A DNA stretch of 64,000 nt from Escherichia coli (GTDB lineage Bacteria > Pseudomonadota > Gammaproteobacteria > Enterobacterales > Enterobacteriaceae). The translations under genes were made by a program, and so were the position numbers. Shown piece by piece: positions 1-12,197 of the stretch (positions are counted from its first letter, which is position 1; each line of letters opens with the position of its first letter). Under the pieces are notes generated by a model that was given only the letters and a program-made list of their open reading frames with translations, had not been told where the DNA came from and did no database searches. The stretch is from assembly GCF_003334815.1 (NCBI RefSeq), contig NZ_QOWO01000011.1; one strand, written 5' to 3'.

Positions 1-550
<550 letters not shown>

Positions 551-552
<2 letters not shown>

Positions 553-590
553 ATAAACGGGAGGCGAAGGTGCCTCCCGTTTTGCTTTCT
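551..590. terminator. Bidirectional intrinsic terminator between the convergent genes envZ and pckA.
   Basis: Inverted repeat AAACGGGAGGC-gaaggt-GCCTCCCGTTT, flanked by an A-run on one side and a T-run on the other. Confidence 0.7.
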
Positions 591-627
591 ATAAGATACT
601 GGATAGATATTCTCCAGCTTCAAATCA

Positions 628-2250
628 TTACAGTTTCGGACCAGCCGCTACCAGCGCGGCACCCGCAGGGGTGTCGGTGTATTTATCGAAGTTGTCGATA
701 AACAGTTTCGCCAGGGTTTCGGCTTTTTCCTGCCACTGTTCCGGAGAAGCGTAGGTGTTACGCGGATCGAGAATCTTCGTGTCTACGCCCGGCAGTTCGG
801 TTGGGATCGCCAGGTTAAACATCGGCAGAGTGAAGGTTTCTGCATTATCCAGCGAACCGTTGAGGATGGCGTCGATAATGGCGCGGGTATCTTTAATCGA
901 GATACGTTTGCCAGTGCCGTTCCAGCCAGTGTTAACCAGATAAGCCTGCGCGCCCGCCGCCTGCATACGTTTCACCAGCACTTCTGCGTACTGAGTCGGG
1001 TGCAGCGACAGGAATGCCGCGCCGAAGCAAGCGGAGAAGGTTGGCGTCGGTTCGGTGATGCCACGCTCAGTACCGGCCAGTTTGGCGGTGAAGCCAGAGA
1101 GGAAGTGATACTGGGTTTGATCGGCAGTCAGGCGAGAAACCGGCGGCAACACGCCGAAAGCATCAGCAGTCAGGAAGATAACCTTAGTCGCGTGGCCCGC
1201 TTTGGAAACCGGCTTAACAATGTTATCGATGTGATAGATCGGATAAGAAACGCGGGTGTTCTCGGTTTTTGAACCATCATCAAAGTCGATAGTGCCATCT
1301 TCACGCACGGTGACGTTTTCCAGCAACGCATCACGACGGATAGCGTTGTAGATTTCAGGTTCCGCTTCTTTCGACAGCTTGATAGTTTTTGCGTAGCAGC
1401 CGCCTTCGAAGTTAAACACGCCGTCATCGTCCCAGCCGTGTTCGTCATCGCCAATCAGGCGACGTTTCGGGTCGGTGGAAAGGGTGGTTTTACCGGTGCC
1501 GGAAAGGCCGAAGAACACCGCAACATCGCCTTTCTCACCAACGTTGGCGGAGCAGTGCATAGAAGCGATACCTTTCAGCGGCAGCAGGTAGTTCATCATC
1601 GAGAACATCCCTTTCTTCATTTCGCCGCCGTACCAGGTGCCGCCAATCAGCTGCATGCGCTCGGTCAGGTTAAACGCCACGAAGTTTTCGGAGTTGAGAC
1701 CCTGTTCTTTCCACTGCGGGTTAGTGCACTTCGCGCCGTTCATAACGATAAAGTCTGGTTTGAAACCTGCCAGTTCTTCATCGCTCGGGCGAATAAACAT
1801 GTTTTTGACAAAATGCGCCTGCCAGGCCACTTCGGTGATGAAACGGACGGAAAGACGAGTATCCGGGTTCGCACCACAGAAAGCGTCGACAACGAACAGA
1901 CGTTTGCCGGAAAGCTGCCTGGTCACCAGGCCTTTCAGATGCTGCCAGGTTTCCGGAGAGAGAGGTTTGTTGTCGTTCTTACCTTTGCCTTTGTCTGCCC
2001 ACCAGAAAGTATCGCGAGTGGTATCGTCACGGACGATATACTTATCTTTTGGTGAACGACCGGTGAAGATCCCGGTATCGACGGCAACGGCACCCAGATT
2101 AGTTAACACCCCGCGCTCATAACCTGTCAGGCTCGGATCGAGCTCTTCCTGATACAGCAGGTCGTAGCTTGGGTTGTAAACGATATCATGTACGTCACTG
2201 ATACCATAAGCCTCGAGTTCTTGCGGGGTCAAACCATTGTTAACGCGCAT
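628..2250 (-). CDS. pckA: Phosphoenolpyruvate carboxykinase (ATP), 540 aa.
   Basis: The protein is recognised ([16 protein letters not shown]...; kinase P-loop GLSGTGKTT). The track ORF starts 23 codons upstream, but the ATG at 2248-2250 is preceded by GGAG. Confidence 0.95.
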   Translation of the reverse strand: MRVNNGLTPQELEAYGISDVHDIVYNPSYDLLYQEELDPSLTGYERGVLTNLGAVAVDTGIFTGRSPKDKYIVRDDTTRDTFWWADKGKGKNDNKPLSPETWQHLKGLVTRQLSGKRLFVVDAFCGANPDTRLSVRFITEVAWQAHFVKNMFIRPSDEELAGFKPDFIVMNGAKCTNPQWKEQGLNSENFVAFNLTERMQLIGGTWYGGEMKKGMFSMMNYLLPLKGIASMHCSANVGEKGDVAVFFGLSGTGKTTLSTDPKRRLIGDDEHGWDDDGVFNFEGGCYAKTIKLSKEAEPEIYNAIRRDALLENVTVREDGTIDFDDGSKTENTRVSYPIYHIDNIVKPVSKAGHATKVIFLTADAFGVLPPVSRLTADQTQYHFLSGFTAKLAGTERGITEPTPTFSACFGAAFLSLHPTQYAEVLVKRMQAAGAQAYLVNTGWNGTGKRISIKDTRAIIDAILNGSLDNAETFTLPMFNLAIPTELPGVDTKILDPRNTYASPEQWQEKAETLAKLFIDNFDKYTDTPAGAALVAAGPKL

Positions 2251-2628
2251 TTCACTGCTCCTTAGCCAATATGTATTGCCTGAATAGTAAAGTCTTTTTG
2301 GGGGTGTTAACCGCGACAAGGCTCATAGATTTACGTATCTGGAGAAATTCATATTTGACAAAAAACTCCGTGATTCCTGTCACGAAACGGTTGCTATTAT
2401 CGCAGAAATAGCATTTTAGGTGTGGAAAATGTTCTCAAAAGGTTAAATCTTGGTTTATATGGCGGGAATATTGTGAGTGGAATCGCATTCCTGAATGAAA
2501 TTGATGCAAATTCAACCGGTAAAGTATCGATTCACCACGCTAACTTTTTTTGATTATTTTCTGAAAAAAGCAAAATACTACTGCCCGGATGCGATAATTA
2601 ACCCACCTTTTGATTCTGGATAACCAAC

Positions 2629-4353
2629 ATGGATAACGTTGAACTTTCACCCGCAACACGCTGGGGGATGATTGCTACCGGATTACTTCAGGGTCTGGTT
2701 TGCTACCTGCTGATCGCCTGGCTTTCCGGAAAAAATCACAGTTGGATTGTTTATGGCGTGCCTGCGACCGTCGCGTTTTCATCCGTTTTACTCTTCTCCG
2801 TGATCTCTTTTAAACAGAAGCGCCTTTGGGGATGGCTGGCGCTAGTGTTTATTGCCACGCTGGGGATGAGCGGCTGGCTGAAGTGGCAAACTGATGGCAT
2901 GAACCCCTGGAGAGCTGAAAAGGCGCTTTGGGATTTTGGTTGCTATCTGCTGTTGATGGCAATGTTGTTGCTACCGTGGATACAACAAAGCCTTCGCATC
3001 CGCAATGACAGTAGCCGCTATCGCTATTTTTACCAGTCAGTATGGCATAACGTACTTATATTACTGGTGATTTTTCTCGCCAATGGCTTGACGTGGCTGG
3101 TGCTTTTACTGTGGAGTGAGTTGTTTAAACTTGTTGGCATCACGTTTTTCAATACGCTCTTTTTTGCAACCGACTGGTTTATTTATCTCACGTTAGGTCT
3201 GGTTACCGCGCTGGCGGTGATCCTCGCGCGAACACAGTCACGTTTAATCGACTCTATTCAAAAGTTGTTCACGTTAATCGCCACGGGGTTGCTGCCGTTA
3301 GTATCATTGCTAACCCTGATGTTTATCATCACCCTGCCGTTTACGGGCCTGAGCGCGATTTCTCGCCACATCTCCGCCGCCGGGTTGCTGTTGACGCTGG
3401 CCTTTTTGCAATTGATCTTAATGGCTATTGTCCGCGATCCGCAAAAAGCGTCACTTCCCTGGACAGGGCCGTTGCGTTGCCTGATTAAAACCGCTTTGCT
3501 GGTTGCTCCGCTGTATGTGTTCGTCGCCGCCTGGGCGTTATGGCTGCGGGTCGCTCAGTACGGCTGGACTGTCGACCGCTTGCAGGGCGTGCTGGCGGTG
3601 CTGGTGTTACTGGTGTGGTCGCTGGGGTATTTTGTCAGCATCGTCTGGCGTAAAGGGCAAAATCCCGTTGTTCTTCAGGGCAAAGTGAACCTTGCGGTTT
3701 CGTTATTGGTGTTGGTGATACTGGTGCTTCTTAATTCGCCGGTGCTGGACAGTATGCGCATTAGCGTGAACAGCCATATGGCGCGTTATCAGAGCGGCAA
3801 AAACACGTCAGACCAGGTAACTATCTACATGCTCGAGCAGAGCGGTCGCTATGGACGTGCTGCGCTTGAGTCGCTGAAAAGCGATGCCGGGTTTATGAAA
3901 GACCCGAAACGCGCGCGGGATCTGCTGATGGCGTTAGATGGAGAGCAACATCTTCAGCAACAGGTATCGGAAAAAGTATTAGCCGATAATGTGTTAATTG
4001 CCCCTGGTTCTGTTAAACCTGATGCGACATTCTGGTCGGCCTTAATCCAGGATCGCTATAACGTGATGACCTGTATTGAAAAAGACGCCTGCGTCCTGGT
4101 CGAGCAAGATCTGAATAGTGATGGTCAGGCGGAGCGGATCCTGTTTGCTTTTAATGATGACAGAGTCATTGTCTATGGCTTTGACTCAGACAGAAAAGAA
4201 TGGGACGCGCTTGATATGAGTTTACTTCCGAACGAAATAACGAAAGAAAAATTACTCACAGCTGCGAAGGATGGAAAACTGGGGACGAAGCCTAAAGCGT
4301 GGCGCGATCTTGTAGTGGATGGTGAAAGGCTGAATGTGAATCTGAATGAGTGA
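2629..4353 (+). CDS. yhgE: Uncharacterised polytopic inner-membrane protein, 574 aa.
   Basis: Long hydrophobic ORF with many predicted TM segments in the position and of the length of E. coli yhgE. Confidence 0.75.
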
Positions 4354-4384
4354 CAAAGCGCATCAGGTGTATTAGTCGTAAAAT

Positions 4385-4406
4385 CCGGCAGAGCCCTCTC
4401 TGCCGG
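4385..4406. terminator. Hairpin between the convergent genes yhgE and hslO, a likely bidirectional terminator.
   Basis: Perfect 9-bp inverted repeat CCGGCAGAG-ccct-CTCTGCCGG. Confidence 0.5.
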
Positions 4407-4415
4407 ACATACTCA

Positions 4416-5294
4416 TTAATGAACTTGCGGATCTGCCGGAGACGCGTTGTTGCGGATTTCAGCAATATCCATCGCATTGAACAGATAGTGGTTACCGCAG
4501 TAATCACAATGCATGTCAATTTCGCCATCTTCCGCCAGGATGCTATCAACTTCTTCATCAGGCAGCGTTTTCAGCGCATCGGCGCAACGTTCACGCGAGC
4601 AGGTGCATTTGAACTCCACATCCTGCGGATCGTAAACCGTCACCTCTTCTTCGTGATACAAACGCCACAACACTTCGTTTGCCGGTAAGGTCAGCAGTTC
4701 TTCGGTTTTGATGGTTTCGGTTAGCGTCGCCAGGTGGTCAAAGTCGTCCTGCTGGGCATTTTGCGCAGGCATTACCTGCAACAACATACCGCCTGCAGCC
4801 GGTTTGCCGTCTACGTCGCCGGTGCGAATAAACAGGCGCGTCGGCAGCTGTTCAGAACGCATAAAGTAATCTTCCAGGCAGGCCGCCAGGGTATCACCTT
4901 CCAGACCAACTACGCCCTGATAGCGTTCGCCTTCGCTCGGGGTAATGGTGATCACCACGTAACCATTGCCGACCAGCGTTTTCAGGTCGGCATTTTCTGG
5001 AATTTCGCCCTGCACGCGCGCCACACCGCGCATCTGCTGGTTATTGTTACCGTTAATAACCGCCAGATTCATCGGACCGTCGCCCTGCAGCTGTACGGTG
5101 ATATCACCATCAAACTTCAGCGTAGCGGTTAACAGGCTGGTCGCAACCAGCAGTTCTGCCAGCACGTTTTTAACGGGCTGCGGATAATCGTGGTTCTCAA
5201 GGATCTGTTGCAGGGTTTCCGAAACGGTTACCAGTTCGCCGCGCACGGCAAAGTTTTCAAACAGATAGCGATGTAATTGGTCATGTTGCGGCAT
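4416..5294 (-). CDS. hslO: Redox-regulated chaperone Hsp33.
   Basis: Recognised sequence with the C-terminal Zn centre CTCSRERC...CDYCGNHY. An alternative ATG lies 2 codons upstream at 5300; the ATG at 5294 has better Shine-Dalgarno spacing. Confidence 0.9.
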   Translation of the reverse strand: MPQHDQLHRYLFENFAVRGELVTVSETLQQILENHDYPQPVKNVLAELLVATSLLTATLKFDGDITVQLQGDGPMNLAVINGNNNQQMRGVARVQGEIPENADLKTLVGNGYVVITITPSEGERYQGVVGLEGDTLAACLEDYFMRSEQLPTRLFIRTGDVDGKPAAGGMLLQVMPAQNAQQDDFDHLATLTETIKTEELLTLPANEVLWRLYHEEEVTVYDPQDVEFKCTCSRERCADALKTLPDEEVDSILAEDGEIDMHCDYCGNHYLFNAMDIAEIRNNASPADPQVH

Positions 5295-5318
5295 AATCAT
5301 CTCTCTTGCAGGTGACAG

Positions 5319-5720
5319 TTATTCACTGTCGCCGTGTTTAAATCGTAACAGGTCGCGGCGCTCTTTTTTGTCCGGGCGTCGGTCCGGGTGCGGCATGGTT
5401 AAGGCATTAAGTTTACGTGCCAGCGCCATTTTTTCGCGTTTCTCTACACTTTCCGCAGTCTCTTCATACAGCAAGGCTGCCTCGCTGGCGGGGCGACGCT
5501 GTTCAGTAATCGCCTTTACAATCACCGTGCGTTCGTCATTTCCCTGGCGCAGAGTGAGCGTGGCATTCAGCTCGACGATTTTGCTCGGCTTGCTGCGCTG
5601 CCCGTTGTAATGCACCTTACCGCCTTCAATCATTTCACGGGCCAGCGCGCGGGTTTTATAAAAACGGGCAGCCCATAGCCATTTATCCAGTCGAACCTCA
5701 ACAGCAGGTTTCTCTTTCAT
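5319..5720 (-). CDS. hslR: Heat-shock protein Hsp15, a ribosome-associated S4-domain protein, 133 aa.
   Basis: Recognised sequence immediately upstream of hslO. Confidence 0.9.
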   Translation of the reverse strand: MKEKPAVEVRLDKWLWAARFYKTRALAREMIEGGKVHYNGQRSKPSKIVELNATLTLRQGNDERTVIVKAITEQRRPASEAALLYEETAESVEKREKMALARKLNALTMPHPDRRPDKKERRDLLRFKHGDSE

Positions 5721-5730
5721 GGCGTCTCCT

Positions 5731-6399
5731 TCACATTAGCGAGGGGATCAGGCGGCGGTAGTCATTCAGTGACGGATGGCGTTGATACTGTTTCTCGGCA
5801 ATCCCGGAATCAGGATTAGTCACGCCGAGGCAGTAACGAATACCAAATTGCGCGGCAGCATCGAGAATCGCTTCGCTGTCATCAATAAACAGCGTTCTTT
5901 CAGCTTTCAGACCCGTAGCTTCGGCCACCGCATGCCATAACCGCTGATCCTCTTTCGGATAACCAAATGTGTGGGTGGAAAGTAATAAATCAAGGTGTGC
6001 GTCCAGACCGGTATGCTCAAGTTTTACCGCCAGGTTGTGCGGATGCGCATTGGTGAGCAAAATTCGCTGCTTACCGCTGGCTTTCAGTGCCTCAAGAAAC
6101 GGAATGGTATCTTCACGCAGTACGGCACGCGGTCCCATCTCGGTGGTCATCGCACAGATATCCAGACCCAGTTGCTCACTCCAGTAATCAAGACAGTACC
6201 AGTTTAGCGTATGCTGTACGTCGTGATATTGCTGGCGCATATATTCCATCGCTTCCTGTGGCGTAACCCCGTTTTTCGCGCCCCATGTTTCAGGCACCAG
6301 CTTTTGCCAGAAATAGTTATCGAAGGCGAGGTCGAGCAACGTGCCGTCCATATCCAGCAGAACGGTATCTACGTCCTGCCAGGCAATGTTGATATGCAT
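5731..6399 (-). CDS. yrfG: HAD-family GMP/IMP nucleotidase, 222 aa.
   Basis: HAD motif I LLDMDGTLLD. The ATG at 6397-6399 gives the annotated length; the track ORF is extended by 15 codons. Confidence 0.85.
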   Translation of the reverse strand: MHINIAWQDVDTVLLDMDGTLLDLAFDNYFWQKLVPETWGAKNGVTPQEAMEYMRQQYHDVQHTLNWYCLDYWSEQLGLDICAMTTEMGPRAVLREDTIPFLEALKASGKQRILLTNAHPHNLAVKLEHTGLDAHLDLLLSTHTFGYPKEDQRLWHAVAEATGLKAERTLFIDDSEAILDAAAQFGIRYCLGVTNPDSGIAEKQYQRHPSLNDYRRLIPSLM

Positions 6400-6463
6400 G
6401 AGGGAAATCTCCAGAGTGAAGCAATTTGCGCGACAGGGTAGCATAACCTGCCGCGCAAACGTG

Positions 6464-8599
6464 TTATTCGATAAGGCTTTCTGAAGGGGTGATCAGTTGC
6501 GGGTTCAGGCAGCTTTCATAATAGGCCTGAATCTCCATCATGCGAGTGCGATGACGCTGGTAACGACGCCAGGCCTGTACGCCATTGTAAATGGCGCTAC
6601 CCAGCATCGTCAGTAGCAGCAATGTGGTGCTGAGATAGCGCCACAGGCCGGAACGATCCGGGATCGGATGAAGGCCAATATGCTGCGTACCATTGGCGTC
6701 AGTGAAGATTTTTGTGACGATACCCTCGGCGTTAAACGGCGTATGCATCAGCATTTGTGCCAGTTTCTGGAAAGCGTTCCACTGTTCTTGCGGCGGGTAG
6801 TCGTAAAGTGATGCCGAAGGCCAGGGCTGATCAACAAAATCGCTGCCTTCGTCGCTGACAATCAGGAATCCGCCGGGGGCCGGACTGTTTAGTGATTGTG
6901 CCGCTCGCGCCGTTTCATGCGTGATAAACGGCGCGGTGGAGGTTGCCACCAGGTTATCCAGCGATTCCGCACTCACCGGGCGTAATAACACATTCACGCC
7001 ATCGAGCTTCCCGGCGTTGGCGCGTTTTACCAGCGCGTCCCAGTCTTTACTGTTGCCGAGATTGACCAGCGCATTTTTCAGTCGCACACAGTCATCTTTG
7101 GCAGAACATAAATCCGCTGTCTTCAGTACAATGTCGCCAAAATCATCAAGCAATACCATGCCGGATTTTTGAATTGCTGAACGTAATGAGGCACTGACGC
7201 GAGATTCATCTTCCGGTTTAGGGTGCAGCTGGCGATTAACTGCTTCAGTCAATGCCGTCGCTTTGTTGACCAGTTCAGATTCTGGTAATGGCAATGAGCG
7301 GGCGTCGTTCCAGATGATCTGCGAGCAGTCAAACGGTAAAAAAGGTGAATTGGTTTTCGCGCTCCAGGTTCCGGAAGTTCGAATATTACACATTCCCGTA
7401 CCGCTAATACGCAATGTATCGCCTACCCGCACGCCAGCGTCAGCCAGTTGTTTTACGCTGGTGGCTTCAATGGTCTGCGCGCCTTTCATCCATGAGAGAG
7501 TGAATTTCAGCGGCATATCCAGCGGGATCCAGAATAACAGCATAAACAGCACCAGCAGCGAGCCCGCAGCGATAATCGTACTGCGCAGCCAGTGCTGTAA
7601 CGGAAAGTTTTTTACTTCATCATGCAGCGAAAGATATCGTCCCTGACGCACTACATGGCGGTCGAGATAGATATCGATATCGGTTTGTTGACCGAGATCC
7701 TGAGCAATGTATGGCTGCCAGTGTGCGGGATAGACCAGGTCGATAATACCGAGTGAAATATTGTTGATCTGTTCCTGATCGTTTTCGCCAAACAATCCCC
7801 AACGACGGGGTGTACCGCGCAGACAATGAATTTCCCGCAGGGAGGATTTTGCCGGGGGCGCGAATAGCCCCCACAGACCTGCGCCCAGCAGCAGTAACGC
7901 GCCGCCTGCCAGCCACGGAACAAATACATCCGGGGTAATCAGGCAGAAAAAGAACATCAGGAAGGAGGCGACGATCAGCAACGCTTCACGCAGCCCGCGC
8001 GGACGACTCAGCGCATATTCTTCATGCGTTTCTTTGCGAATATTGAGTAGCTCGATTTGCTCACTCTCTTCCCCGCGAATCGACGCCTGCGTTGACGGAA
8101 CAGGTTGCAAGGCATAGCTGCGAGTTTCCTGCATGTACTCCTGCAGCGTATGACCGTTGAGTGAAATAACCAGCGGCAGCGAATCGGTATGAATCAGTTC
8201 AACGGTATTCTCATCGTTGATGTACTGTTCCCAGAAAGGGGGCAGGTGGACTTCTACCGAATCGAGGTAGTAACGCCATTTATTCGGATCGTCGGTAGAG
8301 ATGCCGTAACGCGTGATAGCGTGTGTCAGCATCATGACGTTGTTGCTTTCGGCATTCAGCGCCAGAGAGATCGGTGCCGCGCTGGCTCCCGTTGGGCCAG
8401 GCACCTGTAATACCTGCGTCAGGCTCTCAAGATAATTTTCAACGGCGCTACGTTCTTCAGGTGTGAGTTTACGCGTTTGCGCATCCGCGAAGGCGTTGGT
8501 CCAGGGCAGCTGACGCCGTCTGGATCGCACTTTTATCAGCCATCCCGCAAGTAGTGAGCAGGCCAGCAAAGCAGCTAAAAAAATCACAATGGTGCTCAT
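6464..8599 (-). CDS. igaA: Inner-membrane attenuator of the Rcs phosphorelay, IgaA/YrfF, 711 aa.
   Basis: Recognised sequence and length with predicted TM segments. Confidence 0.9.
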   Translation of the reverse strand: MSTIVIFLAALLACSLLAGWLIKVRSRRRQLPWTNAFADAQTRKLTPEERSAVENYLESLTQVLQVPGPTGASAAPISLALNAESNNVMMLTHAITRYGISTDDPNKWRYYLDSVEVHLPPFWEQYINDENTVELIHTDSLPLVISLNGHTLQEYMQETRSYALQPVPSTQASIRGEESEQIELLNIRKETHEEYALSRPRGLREALLIVASFLMFFFCLITPDVFVPWLAGGALLLLGAGLWGLFAPPAKSSLREIHCLRGTPRRWGLFGENDQEQINNISLGIIDLVYPAHWQPYIAQDLGQQTDIDIYLDRHVVRQGRYLSLHDEVKNFPLQHWLRSTIIAAGSLLVLFMLLFWIPLDMPLKFTLSWMKGAQTIEATSVKQLADAGVRVGDTLRISGTGMCNIRTSGTWSAKTNSPFLPFDCSQIIWNDARSLPLPESELVNKATALTEAVNRQLHPKPEDESRVSASLRSAIQKSGMVLLDDFGDIVLKTADLCSAKDDCVRLKNALVNLGNSKDWDALVKRANAGKLDGVNVLLRPVSAESLDNLVATSTAPFITHETARAAQSLNSPAPGGFLIVSDEGSDFVDQPWPSASLYDYPPQEQWNAFQKLAQMLMHTPFNAEGIVTKIFTDANGTQHIGLHPIPDRSGLWRYLSTTLLLLTMLGSAIYNGVQAWRRYQRHRTRMMEIQAYYESCLNPQLITPSESLIE

Positions 8600-8918
8600 G
8601 CTTTCCCCATCTTACTTAGTCTGTCAGGCGTGGTCAGTCGCACCGGACACAATACATGATTCTGCGGTTGGCTATCGGCAAGCGTGGAGTTTAACTTGAG
8701 CATCATTAAGCACATCACAGTAACCGCTGATCATAGCAAACCCTCTGAAGGCGGAATATCAGCAAATTCCTGGAGTTATTTCAACCTATTGACTTTTAAT
8801 TTGATTTGAGGACGATTATTTATTAAGTTACATAAATGTAAATAACATGCAATTCACATTGCCGAAAGCGTGTCCGATATCGCACAATAACCGCTGATTT
8901 CACAGCATAGATCCCACG

Positions 8919-9479
8919 ATGAGCAAATCATTACAAAAACCCACCATTCTGAATGTTGAAACTGTAGCCCGTTCCCGACTGTTTACCGTCGAGAGCGTGG
9001 ATCTGGAGTTCAGCAATGGCGTGCGGCGTGTTTATGAACGAATGCGTCCAACCAACCGGGAAGCAGTGATGATTGTGCCGATTGTGGACGATCACCTGAT
9101 CCTGATCCGCGAATACGCAGTGGGAACTGAATCCTACGAATTAGGTTTTTCGAAAGGATTAATTGATCCGGGTGAAAGCGTCTACGAAGCCGCTAACCGC
9201 GAGCTAAAAGAAGAGGTTGGATTTGGAGCGAACGATCTGACTTTTTTGAAGAAGCTCAGCATGGCACCGTCTTACTTTTCCAGCAAAATGAATATCGTGG
9301 TAGCGCAAGATCTCTACCCGGAATCACTGGAAGGCGATGAGCCAGAGCCGCTACCACAGGTGCGCTGGCCGCTGGCGCATATGATGGATTTGCTGGAAGA
9401 CCCTGACTTCAATGAAGCGCGCAATGTCAGTGCGCTGTTCCTCGTGCGCGAATGGTTGAAAGGGCAGGGGCGAGTGTAA
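8919..9479 (+). CDS. nudE: ADP-sugar / ADP-compound Nudix hydrolase, 186 aa.
   Basis: Nudix box GLIDPGESVYEAANRELKEEVG. Confidence 0.9.
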   Translation: MSKSLQKPTILNVETVARSRLFTVESVDLEFSNGVRRVYERMRPTNREAVMIVPIVDDHLILIREYAVGTESYELGFSKGLIDPGESVYEAANRELKEEVGFGANDLTFLKKLSMAPSYFSSKMNIVVAQDLYPESLEGDEPEPLPQVRWPLAHMMDLLEDPDFNEARNVSALFLVREWLKGQGRV

Positions 9480-9560
9480 ATGCGTGAAGTTTGCCTGATG
9501 CACAATGTTTATCAGGCTTATGGGGTTTCTGCAATTTATTGAGTTTTCACGATTTTGTTA

Positions 9561-9590
9561 GCCGGATAACGCGTTCACGCCGTATCCGGC
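9561..9590. repeat. REP (repetitive extragenic palindromic) element.
   Basis: GCCGGATAACGCGTTCACGCCGTATCCGGC matches the REP consensus. Confidence 0.75.
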
Positions 9591-9619
9591 ATAAACAAGT
9601 GCACTTTGTCAGCAAACTG

Positions 9620-9643
9620 AAAAGGCGCCGAAGCGCCTTTTTA
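9620..9643. terminator. Bidirectional intrinsic terminator between the convergent genes nudE and mrcA.
   Basis: AAAAGGCGC-cgaa-GCGCCTTTTT, abutting the mrcA stop. Confidence 0.75.
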
Positions 9644-9644
9644 A

Positions 9645-12197
9645 TCAGAACAATTCCTGTGCCTCGCCATTATCGATAATGGTCGTTCCCACCTCGTGCA
9701 CTGCCTGTTGTGTCGGCTGCGTACCTTCGATGAAATACTCTTCGCGGCTGTTGCCACCATTAGCTAACTGCCCGGTGCTGCGATCGATATTCACCGTCAC
9801 AATACCCGGTGGCGGCGTCAGCGGCTGCTCCGGCACACCTTCAAGAACGGCTTTCATATAAGCGTCCCATGCAGGCTGGGCACTCTTGGCACCGCCTTCG
9901 TAACCTGAGATCTGATCTTTAATCGCTCCGGAAGCCGTTGTATGACCGAGATTACGACGGTGATCATCAAAGCCAATCCAGACCGAGGTCACAACGCCCG
10001 GACCGTAACCCGAGAACCACGCATCTTTCGAACTGTTAGTGGTCCCGGTTTTCCCGCCGATATCGCGACGCTGCAAATCACGACCTGCACGCCAGCCAGT
10101 ACCCTGCCAGCCTGGCTCACCAAAGATATTGGTGTTCAAAGCACTCTTAATCAGGAATGCCAGCGGAGTGTTGATGACGTGCGGTGCGTACTCCTGCGCG
10201 CCAGTCTTCGCCACTAACGCCTGATTTGCCTGCTCCAGCTGCGGCATTGGTACAGAAACATTCTGCTGCTCGCGGGAGATAGCGACATCTTCAACATCGT
10301 TATTTTCCAGCACGTTCGATTTCTGCGTATCACCGTAAATCACCGGAATATCGCATTCCGGGCAGGCTACTTTCGGTTTCGCTTCGAAAATCACGCCGCC
10401 CTGATCGTTTTCAATTTTGCTGATAAACCACGGGTCCACCAGGAAGCCGCCGTTCGCCATGACCGCGTAGCCGCGCGCCACCTGCATTGGGGTGAAGGAC
10501 GCTGAACCCAGCGCCAGCGATTCGGTGTGGACAATGTTTTGTGCCGGGAAGCCGAAGCGTTGCAGATATTCTGCAGCGTAGTCGACGCCCATCGCCCGCA
10601 TTGCGCGTACCATCACCACGTTTTTCGACTGACCCAGCCCCTGACGTAAGCGAATTGGACCAGCATACTGCGGTGGTGAGTTCTTCGGCTGCCAGTCAGA
10701 ACCGGCACTTGCATCCCAGCGAGAAATTGGCACATCGTTCAACATACTTGCCAGCGTCAGACCTTTATCCATCGCCGCGGTGTAGAGGAACGGTTTGATG
10801 TTGGAACCCACCTGACGCAGTGCCTGGGTGGCGCGGTTAAACTTGCTCTGATTGAAATCAAAGCCACCGACCAGCGCCATAACGGCACCGTTTTGCGGAT
10901 TGATCGACACCAGCGCCGAGTTCACTTCCGGCACTTGTGCCAGCCACCATGCATCGCCAACCTGACGAACCCAGATTTGCTGACCCGTTTGCAGAACATC
11001 GGTCACTTTACGCGGCGTCGGTCCTTGCTGAGTATCCGAACGGTAAGGACGCGCCCAGCGAACGCCTTCCATACTCAATGCGACGGTCGACCCGTCCGCC
11101 AGCATCGCCGTCGCTTGCTGAGGATTGGCGCTGGTGACTGCGGCAGGCAGCAGCGGACCATAGGTTGGCAGCGCCTTCAGCGTATCGGTAATCTTGTTGT
11201 TATCCCACGCCGACTCGCCCACTTTCCACAGCACATTTGCCGGGCCGCGATAGCCGTGGCGCATGTCGTAGTCCAGCACGTTATTACGTACCGCCTGCTG
11301 CGCGGCCTGCTGCACTTTGCGGGTGATGGTGGTGTAAATGCGATAACCGTCTTCATAGGCACTTTCGCCATAACGGTTATACATCTCCTGGCGCACCATT
11401 TCGCTCAGGTACGGCGCAGAGAAAGCAATCTCCGGCGCGTGATAGTTAGCGTTAATCGCCTCAGTGCGTGTCTGATCGAACTGTTGTTGGGTGATATACC
11501 CTTCATCCAGCATCCGCGACAGCACGACGTTACGCCGCGCGACGGCACGATCCATCGAGTAGAGCGGGTTGAAGGTGGAAGGCGCTTTCGGCAGCCCGGC
11601 TATCACCGCCATTTCGTTCAGCGTCAGTTGGTCGACCGTTTTTCCGAAATAGACTTGTGCCGCAGCACCGACACCATAGGCGCGGTAACCAAGGTAAATC
11701 TTGTTCAGATAAAGCTCGAGGATCTCGTCTTTCGTCAGCAGCTGTTCAATGCGAATCGCGAGGAAGACTTCCTTAATCTTACGCATCAGCGTGCGTTCTG
11801 GACTGAGGAAGAAGTTTCTCGCCAGCTGCTGGGTAATGGTACTTGCCCCTTGTGACGCGTGACCGGAGAACAGCGCCACGCTTGCTGCACGGAAGATCCC
11901 CACCGGGTCAACGCCGTGATGCTCGTAGAAGCGGCTGTCTTCTGTCGCGATAAAGGCTTTCACCATCTCCGGTGGGATTTGATCCAACGTAACCGGAATA
12001 CGACGTTTCTCACCGTATTGAGCAATCAGCTCGCCATCGGCGCTGTAAATCTGCATCGGAATTTGCAGGCGAACATCTTTTAATGTCGCCACATCCGGCA
12101 GTTGTGGCTCGATGTAGCGGTATAGGCCATAAATCGAGCCTGCTCCCAGCAGAATGCAACAGACTGCAAGGATCAAAAAATACTTTACGAACTTCAC
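9645..12197 (-). CDS. mrcA: Penicillin-binding protein 1A, a bifunctional transglycosylase/transpeptidase, 850 aa.
   Basis: Glycosyltransferase motif EDSRFYEHHG and SxxK motif SNIK. The annotated-length start is the GTG at 12195-12197; the track ORF starts 8 codons upstream. Confidence 0.95.
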   Translation of the reverse strand: MKFVKYFLILAVCCILLGAGSIYGLYRYIEPQLPDVATLKDVRLQIPMQIYSADGELIAQYGEKRRIPVTLDQIPPEMVKAFIATEDSRFYEHHGVDPVGIFRAASVALFSGHASQGASTITQQLARNFFLSPERTLMRKIKEVFLAIRIEQLLTKDEILELYLNKIYLGYRAYGVGAAAQVYFGKTVDQLTLNEMAVIAGLPKAPSTFNPLYSMDRAVARRNVVLSRMLDEGYITQQQFDQTRTEAINANYHAPEIAFSAPYLSEMVRQEMYNRYGESAYEDGYRIYTTITRKVQQAAQQAVRNNVLDYDMRHGYRGPANVLWKVGESAWDNNKITDTLKALPTYGPLLPAAVTSANPQQATAMLADGSTVALSMEGVRWARPYRSDTQQGPTPRKVTDVLQTGQQIWVRQVGDAWWLAQVPEVNSALVSINPQNGAVMALVGGFDFNQSKFNRATQALRQVGSNIKPFLYTAAMDKGLTLASMLNDVPISRWDASAGSDWQPKNSPPQYAGPIRLRQGLGQSKNVVMVRAMRAMGVDYAAEYLQRFGFPAQNIVHTESLALGSASFTPMQVARGYAVMANGGFLVDPWFISKIENDQGGVIFEAKPKVACPECDIPVIYGDTQKSNVLENNDVEDVAISREQQNVSVPMPQLEQANQALVAKTGAQEYAPHVINTPLAFLIKSALNTNIFGEPGWQGTGWRAGRDLQRRDIGGKTGTTNSSKDAWFSGYGPGVVTSVWIGFDDHRRNLGHTTASGAIKDQISGYEGGAKSAQPAWDAYMKAVLEGVPEQPLTPPPGIVTVNIDRSTGQLANGGNSREEYFIEGTQPTQQAVHEVGTTIIDNGEAQELF

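Noticed and set aside
628-2319. Upstream extensions of track ORFs beyond the conserved starts of pckA, yrfG, hofM, hofP, yhfY, yhfU, frlR, frlC, frlB, frlA and rpsL.
   Set aside because: In each case an internal ATG or GTG with a better-placed Shine-Dalgarno sequence gives the conserved protein length. The upstream codons run through promoter or terminator sequence.
10893-11855. A 320-aa ORF on the plus strand.
   Set aside because: It is antisense to mrcA, with Arg-rich low-complexity content and no independent support.
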